Positions 14,101 through 25,124 of a stretch of DNA of 63,765 nt are shown piece after piece. Made by a program: the position numbers and the translations under genes. The stretch is from Welwitschia mirabilis (lineage: Eukaryota), in contig JBOZIK010000001.1 of NCBI GenBank assembly GCA_051453625.1, positions 48,652,691-48,716,455 of the forward strand, read 5' to 3'. Each line of letters starts with the position of its first letter. Positions within the stretch are counted from its first letter, which is position 1. Under the pieces are notes generated by a model. The model saw only the letters and a list, made by a program, of their open reading frames with translations. It made no database searches and had not been told where the DNA came from.

Positions 14101-14900
14101 TCTATAATTTGTTATATTATACAAGAGGTTATTGAAGCTTTAGTCATGTTTCCTTCTAATCCTTCCATTAGGGTTGGGCTAGATTACAAGCTAGCATAAA
14201 GCTTTATGGATTATCAAGATATTTTTCATAGATTACATACTTTTACTTTTCTAATAATAAAGTGTTACATATTCTTTCCTTGGTGCATTACTTTCATATG
14301 AAGTTATGATAGAACTCATACTTGTTATGCTGAGAATTGGCTAAGGAATGTTACTACTTTAAAATCTTTTAGTGATTCTTCTTTTTGCTCTAGCTTACAT
14401 AATCTGAATCTTTATTTGATGGATCTTGGGATGTTCCTACTTTTCATACTTATAATATTCTTATTATGAAGGCTAGATGACTTGAAGACATCACCCCCAT
14501 GTTTATGGTGGATGAGATTACACCACTATGTTTGAGCTACAACCATATGAGATTCATGTCTATGTTGCATAAGATTATGCAACTGTGTTCAAACTAGAGT
14601 AGAAACTACATAGATTTACTTATAGAACTTATGCTTTTCTTGAATTCATTATGATAGTATTGATAGTATGTCCCATTCCTAGATCTCTTATATACTTTTA
14701 ATCTCTTATTATCATTGTGTTTGCTTTATTGATAGCTCATGACATTTATCTCTATGGAAGAACGACACAAGGACCATGCTACTAATGTAAGTCTTAGTGT
14801 TATTAGTAAAAGTTAGGATTAGCCATGCAAGATTTGTATCCTAATGAAATCTTGCTATTTGCCATACATTGACGACTGATACAAGCATATCCATAATTTA
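11116..14900 (+). mobile_element. 3' part of a second Athila-type element (decayed extra-ORF region, PPT, LTR starting at 13596)
   Basis: GCTAAGGGACTAGTAAAAGCTTGATTGGGGGATA-TGATAAC at 13562-13602 is an Athila-like PPT/LTR junction. The LTR start resembles the reverse complement of 22085-22110. Stop-riddled coding-like sequence at about 11500-12600. Both outer boundaries are approximate. Confidence 0.6.
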
Positions 14901-14904
14901 CTAT

Positions 14905-17900
14905 AAATAATAGCCCTTTGCTTTCTTGCTATCTTAAAATTTAAATTCATATTCTTGATTGCCCAATATGCCTTATATTCAAGTTTAACAGGTAGATGAT
15001 AATCCTTTCCATAAACTAACCTAAATGTGGACATTTCTAATGATGTATTATAAGCTATTTGGTAAGCCCACAAAACATCATTTATCTTGTAAGACCAATC
15101 CTTTCTAGATGAGCTCACCTCTTTCTATAGTATTTCGCTTCCCCCATCCCTCCTTGTATTAATGACCTCGACTTGTTTGCTAGTTTAGGGATAATAAGGA
15201 GCTACGACTTTTTAGGTAACCCCATACTTAGTGAGAAGACTATCGAATATCCTATTACAAAAATGAATAACACCATAGCTAATAAGACCCGAGGACAACC
15301 AAATCTTGGTAGAATATTTTCTTTAAAGAACTTGACTATAAATTGGGCATCCTTAGATCTACAAGCGCATGCTTCTACTCATTTAGTAATATAATTAATA
15401 CAAATAAAAATATATTAATATCAATTTGAAGAAGGATATGAGCCTTAAAAGTCAATACCTAAAATATCAAAAGGTTTAATAACAAGAGTGGAGTCCAAAG
15501 GCATCATATGCTTTTATGCAAAGCTACTAAGTTTTTGGCAATTTTTGCATGTTTTACAATAAATATATGATTCATTACATATGGATGACTAATAAAAACT
15601 AGATTAAAGGATTTTGGTGGTTATTTTTTTTAGTAAAGTAGTAGCTGCAGTAAGATTTAAAGTGGTAAAGTTTAAGAATGTCATGAATTTCTAATTGGAA
15701 AACACATTTTGGTCTAGGCAATGTTTGGATAGGTGAGGACTATTCCAAAAGAAATATTTAACTTGACTTAGAAATTTCTTTTTATCATTGAGGATAAGAA
15801 GAGGTAATAACCTTTGAAACCAAGTAATATTGATGTTAGTGAATCAAGTTATTTGCATCATGGAGAAAAATTGCTTGCTGGAAAAAGAGTTGTTGATGAA
15901 AAAGAAATTATGTGAGTTATTTTGAGTTATGCGTGAAAGATGATTAATTACAACATTGTTAAAATCCTTTTTATCCTTAATTTCAAAATCAAATTCCTAT
16001 AAAAGTAAGATGTATCTAATCAATCCATGCTTGTAGTTCTTTTTAGTAAAGAGATATCTAATGGCTGAGTGATTTATGTAGATGATAATCATAAAACCAA
16101 GGAGATACTACTTAAATTTTTCTAAGTCAAAGACTATGATGAGAAGCTCTTTTTTAATGACATCATAGTTTAGTTGATTATTGATTAATTTTTACTTGTA
16201 AAATAGATTATAGTTGGTTTTGTATCTACTTTTTGTCTTAATGCATCATTAACTACATAATCACTAGCATCGCACATGATCTTAAAGGATAACTTCCAAT
16301 CAAATAGTTAAATGATAGTTTTGGTGGTAAGTTTTCCCTTGAGATTATGAAAAGCTTACCAACAATCATGAGTTTAGTTAAAAGAGGCATCTTTTCTCAG
16401 GAGGTTAGAAAAATTTTGAAAATTTTGCTAAAATCTTTAATAAACATCCTATAATAACCTGCATCTCCTAAAAATGATCTCATATCTTTTTGGTTGTGTA
16501 ACATAGGCAAGGGGGTACTTAATAAAACTTTTGCAGAGCTAACTTAAATTCCTTCTGAAGAAATAATGTATTCTAAAACTACACCTTTGTTGATCATAAA
16601 GTGACATTTTTCCAAATTTAACACCAAGTATTTTCCTATTGACTAAATAAGAAACATTATAAGTTGTAAAGGTAGCAGTCAAAAGAAGACTCATAAATAA
16701 AGAAATTATCCATTAAAATTTTAATGTATAAAAATAACAAGTTAGAAAAAATTCCAAGAATACATCATGGAAATGTGGCAAGGGCATTACATAGACCAAA
16801 TATCATTCATCTATAGGTGAAGATTCCATATGAGTAGGTAAATGTGGTTTTATCCTGAACCTTGGAAGAAATTTTTATCTGATTATACCCTAAATATCCA
16901 TCTAGAAATAACAAAATGATGTAGGGCGAGTTGCTCTAAGATCTGGTCAAAAAATGGGAGAGGGAAATGGTCTCTCCTTGAAATAGTGTTAATTTTTTAG
17001 TAATCTATGCATATTCTCCATTTAAACGTAGGCCTAATAGGGGTAAGTTTATTATGATCATTTGGCACTAGGTAATTCCAATTCTTTTTGCTACTACTAG
17101 GGTTGGATTTATCCATTTATTATCCAATATTAGAAAGATGATTCCATTATCTAAAAGCTTAATCACTTCATTTTTCACTACCTATTTCAAGGTGGAGTTC
17201 ATTCTATGTTGGCCTTTTTTAAATTGTTTTCCATTTTTCTCTAAGTAGACATGGTGTACTCAAATACTAGGTTAATGCCTTTAATGTTAAAATGGATTCA
17301 TCTGATGGCTTATTTATGTTTTCTCAAAAGGTTTAACAATTTAATTTCTTGAGAAGAGGACAAGAAGAAATTAACTAGTACTAGAAACATAGAGTCATCT
17401 CCTAAGAAGGCATACTTATGGTTATGGAAAAGAGGTTTATGCTTAATGGAGGTTTCATCTTACGTGATGGTGTAAGAGTCCTGTTCTTGAAGAAGATCTA
17501 AAGCATGCTCATCATGAAGATATGTGAAAGGTTCTTGATAAACAAGAAGGCTCTCTATTTTATCCACATGTTCTATTCCATCATCACTAAAAGGCAGTTT
17601 CATGGCATTAAAAAATGTTTACCTCTACTATCATATTGCAAATGATATTTTTATTAGATCATTGTTATAGTTAATTAAGAAGTTAGAGGTTGTTAAGAAG
17701 GTATTCCTAAGATGATGGGACTAAGTGATTGATCTTGTTCTCAATATCTAAAAGCACAAAATCCATTGAAAAATAATAGTTGTCTATCCTACTAATGATA
17801 ACTTCAATTACTCCTAATGGGTTTTTCAAGGAATTATCAACAAGTTACAGTTGGAGTTTGATATTTTTAAATACTTTCAAGCCTAATTCTTTACAAGTAC

Positions 17901-20900
17901 CATAAGGAAGCACATTTACACTAGCTCCTAAGTTTCATAAGGCTTGGTAAAGGTGTTTTCTCCAATGGTAATGACCATTGTAAAGTAGCCAAGGTTCTTT
18001 AATTTAGGCAAAAATTGGTTTTAAAGTAGTGCACTTGTTTGTTGTGCTAAAAAGGCTTTACTTTTAACATTCATTTGTCTTCTTAGTATGCATATATTCG
18101 TAAGTAACTTTGCATAAGAAGGAACTTGCTTAATTGCTTTTAAGAGGGGAATGTTCACTTTAACTTCTTTGAAGATCTCTAATGCCTCTAACTATTTTTT
18201 AATAATGTTTTTCTTCTTAAGTAGTTAATTGAAAGGTAAAGGTTCTCGATAATTTGATAAAGGATTTTCTAACTACTCTATATTTTGTTCTTCTCTTTGG
18301 TTTTTGTGGGTGTTAATTCCTCTTTAATTTGGTTTTTCTCAAGTTGTTTGTTTAACTCTTTTCCACTTCTAAGATGAATACCCTTGGTTTCTTCTATTTG
18401 GGTAGCTATAATATTTCAATAATTTTAACTGCTCTTGGGTTTGGCTATGAGTTGATAGGGAGTTTTCCAAGCTTTCTTTACTTTAAAGAAGCAAGAATTT
18501 GGTTTTGGATTTGCTAATTTCGTTCTAATTTATTGAAGGAGAAAATAAGTTATTAATTAAACTACTTTTGGAATTTCATAAAACTCTTTATTATTTCCTC
18601 AAATGAATTAGATGATGAAGGTAGGTAATTGGATGACAAATGGTGATTTGAATGGCATTGGTTTAATAGGAAAGAATTGAAGGACAAAGATGCAAATGAG
18701 TTTCTTAGTTAACTATTATGATTTTGGTTAGAAGAGTGGTACTGTTTTCAAGAAAAATTAGGATGATTCCTCTACCTAGGGTTACAGCTATTTGAATATG
18801 AATCATTTTTCTTACTTTGCCAATGATGTCATGTGGCATTACCTTGTTCATTTACTATGTTTTGAAAGAGGGGTATAGAAGGACACTTAGCTTTCTCATG
18901 TGAGTCTATGTAGCAGATTAAGTAATTGGGTTTGGAGGTTAAAGATTTTAGTGAGGTGCAAAGGAATTCTACTCTTCTCAATAATTCATCAATTCAGGTA
19001 TTGACCTCAAAATTTTTTGGCACACTAAAAAAGCTAGTGGACCTAACAAAATACTAGGATCTAGATGGTTCAATTAGTTTCTTCCAATTTTTAAAACTTT
19101 TGGCTACTAATTTAAGGTAGTCCCAAACTTTATCTAAGGGGAAATTTAAGAAACTACTCCTACCCATCCTTTGAACTAAGTGCCTATTTTTTGATGATAA
19201 TCCATCATAAAAGATACTAATTACTCTACCTAACTTAAATCCATGTTGGGAATATTTTTAAAGCAAGTTCTTATACCTCTCTAAGAATTACGAGAATGTT
19301 TTGTGATCTTTCTGTTGGTAGTTCATAATCTCTCATCTTAAAGCATTGATTTCATGACTTGAAAGAAAAAACCTTTGAGAACAAAGCTTTATTAAGGTCA
19401 ATCTAAGTTCTAATTAATAGAGGTTTAAGGGTATAGAGCTAGGGCTTAGCTTTTCCTTTAAGAAGTAATGGAAAAATGGTAAGTTAGAGGGCATTTGGGA
19501 TATTAGAGAACTATTGTAAGATGGCTAGCACATACTCAAATTCCTTTAAATGGAGATAGGGATCTTCTAATTCTAAGTTGTGAAAATGGGGTAATAACTA
19601 AATAGTAGAAGGTCTAAAATCTAGTCTACACACTATTGGTGATTAGACTATACATGATAAGGTACCTAAGCATTAGGGTTGTAAATAATCATAAAGGGTT
19701 TGCCTAAGGGGGTTCTTTGAAAAGTTGGAATTGGTTATATGATATGCTAGGGTTTTGGGCTACTATTTAGCCAAGGTAATAGGCATGCAGATTTTCTAGT
19801 AATTCTTCATTTAATTAAGGTATGTTATTATTATAAAAAATACAATAAAAATCAAATGGAATGTTTGAGTTAGACTATTATTAAGAAGATTATTCGTTAT
19901 GGATTTCTTTATGAGGATGGTTTCTTGATGGGGATATCTATTTATCATTACTACCAGTGTTAGGATCCATGTTTTTGTTGGAAGTACTCTAATTAAATAA
20001 CCTATTTTGTCTCAGATACAATACATACGAGTCTCAAAAAAGGTTTAGAAGGGGCCTAAAAAACAGATAGCTTTTTGATGTTTGACAGAGGTTATAGTTT
20101 AAGTTACAGAGGCTTTTCCATAGAAATGTCAGTGGTGTTAGTTAGGGAAGGTGATGGAACTGATTATTTAGTGAGTTATATTTTCAAGAAAAAGATAGAG
20201 TTTCACAAGATCTACACAAAATGTTTCAAGTTACAGGATACCAAAAAATTATAGTAGAATTAAAATGACAGTAATCTCAAAATGAATTCTTAGGAAAATA
20301 TACCCTTTTTTTTTAGAAATTTTAATAGAAAATACAAAAGTGTGACCGAAAAAGAAACTATCAAAATAAAATATTGCAAAAATAAAAAGAAACACAAACA
20401 AAGGTAAGCTCTATATTAGTCTTTCACCTTTTTCTTTCCTTATTTTGGTTGCGATCCTATAGAAAGCTCATCAAACCTACAATGTAAAATGTTTGATACG
20501 GAAATACTACTTAGGTTAGAATAAAAAATTTAAAAAACTCATAAAAGGACTAGTTTTGATATCACTGAAAATGGAACAGTACCCATTACTAGAGAGAAAA
20601 GAAAATGTAACAAAAATAAAAACAAACTAAATCAATTATTACTAAAGAAAATCAATATGAATCCACTGGAAATTTTGGAAAAAAAATTACAAATTAAATT
20701 AATAAAAAAATTGAAAGAAAGAAAAATTATGCTTCTCTTGAGAAGCTACTATTCCATTCTTCCTAGTAGAAACACTAAAATCTATTCATTAGTCAATACA
20801 GTCAAACTGAAATAAACTATACAAGTACCCAGTATCATTCTTTCACAAGGATAATTAAGGTTAAACTTAATAGAAGTAACATAAAATTGTCAAATTTGCA

Positions 20901-22110
20901 ATGAAATCAAAACAAGGGGAATATAAGAATTGAGATTTGTAATGAACTTGATTTATGAAGTAGAAGGTCTAGCTTGACTTTTCGAATAACACACCTTTAT
21001 TCTAGTGATATCCTATAATTTCTGAAACAAAGCTAAAATTATCAAGTCGTGATGTCTTGGTGAATGGTAATATCATCCCATTTACCACATGAGTGTTGAT
21101 GAATTTAATAGTTACTTTGTTTCTTCATAACCCTTTCATAAGCATAAAAGTAAGGACTACTGTACTCAAAATCCATCAAATAAAAGTAGCTACAACTAAT
21201 AAGCTAACTTAAGAAATTCACTCAGTTATCAAAAAAACTTGATAAAGTAGTTTTAAGTACAAGGTAACTAGCAACTTGAAATTAAAAATAAACAACTACT
21301 TTTATCAAATTAGGAAAATATATTGCATTTAATGAAGAAGATGAGGTTGATACATACTCCTTAAACTAGCCTTACAACAAGTTTGCTTCCAAAGAAGGTG
21401 CTTAGAAGGCCATCTCACTTATTACACTCTAAGGATTCCAACTACATTTGCCAACCAAAAATTCTTTATAATCAAGGTAAAAAGCCCTATTATAGGCGAG
21501 TATGTAGTAAATGCAGTTGGAAGCCTTTGGCTTGTAGTGGTAGCTAGATAGTTACAAAATTTGTCATATAGCTTTAGATAGCATCTTTGTGCTCTCGTGT
21601 TAAGTGACTATTGTCAAGATAAATCCAACATGTGGCCTTTAGATCCTGATGCTTCTATTAACTAATGTTATTTCCATGTGTCTCCAATATCATCTTACGT
21701 AACACTGCCACATGTTGCTACTATGTATCTTCTATGTCATTGTCATGTGCCATTAAAGATGCCAATTATTTTTGATATGATAACTGATTAAGCCTATCAC
21801 AATATTTTGCTCGATTTTTCATGCTAGTTCTAGAACATAACCTTTGAACTATTTTGATCTAAAAGACTAACAACATTAGTGACCTAGGTGGAAGCTTTGA
21901 CATTTTCTATTGAATGATCTTTAACTTTTAGCATATCCTTCAGAATGTAGTAAATAACCTAAATATCTTATAAAAAAGTGACTAGTCTACAGATCATGTT
22001 TAAAATGTTAAAAGACATAGTTTTATGATAAAACGGTTATTTTAATGTCTTTTTCTAAACTAAATTAGTCAAATAAACTTGGTCTAAATGTCAATTTTTG
22101 CATGTTAACA
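14905..22110 (-). mobile_element. Degenerate Athila-type Ty3/gypsy element: 5' LTR, PBS and gag-PR-RT-RH-INT pseudogene, 3'-truncated
   Basis: Minus strand: integrase SRKDWSYKINDVLWAYQIAYNTSLEMSTFRLVYGKDYHLPVKLEYKAYWAIK (14920-15118); RT WRICIDY*KINTISRRDHFPLPFFDQILEQLA and FLDGYLGYNQI (about 16870-17030); protease LGASVNVLPYG (about 17900-17935). Decayed PBS at about 20760-20778; LTR about 20782-22110 starting TGTTAAC. Many stops and frameshifts. Confidence 0.88.
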
Positions 22111-23928
22111 CTTATGACTCTTATTATTGTTATATTAGAATGTTATTATTGTTGTTGCTACTATAGTATTATGCTACTAGAATAAAAATATTATTTTTGT
22201 TTTATGACATTTTCTCGTTTTTTTATCCCTCTTAACTTTCGTCGGCAACTTCACTTAATATGTCAATCATCAATCATACTAACATAACATAATAATTTCA
22301 AGTTTATTAAGTTTATAGAATAATAAATTAGATAATGGCTAAATTTATTATATTAATTGTGATTTTAATGGGAAAAAAGTTGATATCAATTTAATAAGAT
22401 TATTTAATAAAACAAAATTCTTTTCTACTTTAAGCCTTTAAAAATAAATCAATAATGGTCTTAATGTGGTTCATGTTTATATATGAAATCCTTATGTTGT
22501 GGAGTTCAAGATAACTACACATGTGTAAATCTAATTATTACTATTTTTAATACTAAGTATGACATGATCTATTTCCAATTAGTGAAATGTTGACAAAAAA
22601 TAAAAATATTGAAAATGTAAAAGAAAATGTTTATCAATCAAGTAAAAGCCTCTATTGCGAGAAGTGTGACTCAAAAATATCATAAATAGCATAGAACATT
22701 CCATTTCGAAACCAAATAAATAAGCCACATTTAAACTGATAACTATCCTCTATATATAGATCTAGTGGGGCTGTGTTAATGCATACTAAATGTTATTTGA
22801 AAAACACCACATAACATAATAATGATCTTTCATAGTTATATTAACTCTAAAGGTTTTCATGATCATATGTTGTATTAAGTTTAAATTGCATACTTATTTC
22901 TAAAAAGTAAAATCAAAGGAATATCTTGTAATGATATTGTTAGCTTTAATAAAAGAAATTTGAGACTTTTGAGAATAGAAACTAAATGAATCTTTTGTAT
23001 TAAAGATAAGGAATTGTAACGTCCCCATTTTTACTTCTTTTTAAAAGTTAAAAAGATTAAGTTTAATAAAATATTTAGAAAGATTTAATTATTTTGAAAT
23101 CTCCAAATAATCTAAATATTATGTTTTTTAGGTATTGTTATATTAAATTGTACCTTAAGTTCCTTTTATCTTGATTAAAAATATTATTTATAATCTTCAA
23201 AAATGTTCTTGCAATGGTGATGACTTCATTTACTTTTATTTTGTTGCAATTTCCTAGAATTTATGCATTTAAATGTAAATTGTAGAGGCTTGTTATTTAT
23301 TTTGCTACATTATTATGATTAAATGTGAGGCATTATTTTATATTATTATTAAAGTACCTATCGGCCAAGCAAGCCTTTATGAGACGTTATTGAAACCTCC
23401 TTTACCATTGACTCACGTTGTATCCTTTTATATTCTTGAATCTTGTTATCTTACTCATGTTCTATCACTTTAAATAGAGTCCTCCCTCCCTCAAGTCTAT
23501 TTTATTTTTCTGAAATGATCCTGCCTTGAAATATTAGAGCTTAGGAGGTCTAAGAGCATTGGAAACTTGGAAGATCTTCAAAGAGATCAAACATACATGG
23601 ATATGGTTCTATACTTTCTTACTTCCTTTATGCATTATGTTATTGAGTTATCATGTTTATATTCCTGCAAGATGAATGTTTAATTGTGTAATGCTTGATA
23701 AAGATAAATTTAGTTTGTTACATGTCTTGTCTTCCTTCACCTTTTATGCTTGATGTTTTGATGGTATCTGTTCTTAGTATGAGTTAATAGCTTGCAGTCA
23801 AACCTTATCGTATTTATTCTTGTCATTATGTTGTTTGAAATCTATGATTATAAGTTGATAGCTTATGGTCAAACCTTATCTTATTTTTCTTATCATCGTT
23901 ATGTCTTAGACTTATGGTTATGGATTTC

Positions 23929-24133
23929 CACAGATCACCGAATGAGGTAATGAAGTTGATGATATATGAGATTATATATATTTATATATGAGAAACACAA
24001 ATCATCGAATGAGGTAGTGGGCTTTACAGAGCACCGAATGAGGCAGTGAAGTGAAATATGATAAATTATATAAGAACTATAGATCATCAAATGAGGCAGT
24101 GGGCTTCATAGATCACCAAACAAGGCAGTGAAG
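23929..24133 (+). repeat. Array of five ~27-nt motifs in LTR-A
   Basis: Consensus CAYAGATCACCGAATGAGGCAGTG at about 23929, 23996, 24026, 24078 and 24107, with variable AT-rich spacers. Confidence 0.85.
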
Positions 24134-24443
24134 TGATCAAGTTATGATAAAATATATAATGATTATTCTCGTTCATAATCATAAGGTCAGTGTTTGTAAA
24201 ATATCTTGTTTCTTAGAGTTTTTACTTGACTTGCCTATTTTTACTCTTGAAAATACTTGCCTATCTTGCCTAGTCTTGCCTAGACCATACTAGGAGCTGT
24301 GAGATTTTCACAGTTTTCATCTCATACTTTTGCATGACAAGTGGAAAATCGGAGTATAATTATTGTTGTAGGCAAAAGGATGTGAAGGATTAATGTTCCA
24401 GTATTATTGGAAAATTATGCTAAGTAATCTTGTATTCCTTCAT

Positions 24444-25124
24444 CTAGAACTCTACCTTAGACTCTTCTTCAGTAGAAATTCAGCCTCCCCCTCAAGAAGA
24501 AATTGATATGAATGTTGCTCAATGGGAAGTTATGCTGGCAATAATTTAAGGTCTAAAGAGATGCCCCTTTATCACATTAGGAATCTTTCACAAAGCCCTC
24601 CCTCAAGCCATCAAGTCTAGCTACAAAAAGAAAGCCCTTGAACCACATCCAAATAAAAATCTAGTAGGTGCTGAAGAATTCAAGAAGGTAAATCAAGCGT
24701 TTGAGGTACTCTATGATGATATAGATTATTTCTTACTCAATCAAAATCATGGTAATCTGTTCCCGTTTTATAGAAGACTCATAATTCTCCTCCTCCTAGG
24801 TCTTTTCCTTTTCAAACTTAAGTTTTTTTGTAACTTCTAGTAGCATGGGGCATTTTTGCCCCCAGTCTGTTAGTAGTTCTATGCTTTTACTCTTCTATAC
24901 TATTACTTTTCTATATAGGTAGTTCCTCGTGTTCAGCCTATTTCCTTGGGGGTGGTTTCATCTCCATTTTTGTTCTGGTTCACAGTCCTCTCCTAAATGG
25001 TCAGTGGAATACCTTTCCTTTGTTTCTAAACAGTTTAATTTTCCTATCAATCCTGGGCGTTATCGCCCCTTGATGTACATTTTTTAGTCTAGTATATATA
25101 CTTTTTTCCAAAAAAAAAAAAAAA
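24444..25124 (+). mobile_element. Poly(A)-tailed non-LTR retroposed insertion (5'-truncated LINE-type element or retrocopy) inside LTR-A
   Basis: Exact 15-bp TSD CTTGTATTCCTTCAT at 24429-24443 and 25125-25139; A15 tail at 25110-25124. The uninterrupted empty site is visible in LTR-C at about 33481-33510. Confidence 0.93.
24550..24840 (+). pseudogene. DnaJ/Hsp40 J-domain coding remnant within the retroposed insertion
   Basis: Reads GLKRCPFITLGIFHKALPQAIKSSYKKKALEPHPNKNLVGAEEFKKVNQAFEVLYDD..., matching the J-domain pattern (PY.VLG....A...IKKAY+K.AL..HPDKN...EEFK.+N.A+EVL.D). HPD is altered to HPN at 24646-24654. In-frame TAA at 24547-24549 upstream; stop TAG at 24838-24840. Confidence 0.85.

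Noticed and set aside
23929-24133. Repeat-spacer array resembling CRISPR (also 31615-31921)
   Set aside because: The repeats are degenerate, the spacers are irregular and AT-rich, the array lies inside a plant LTR, and there are no cas genes.
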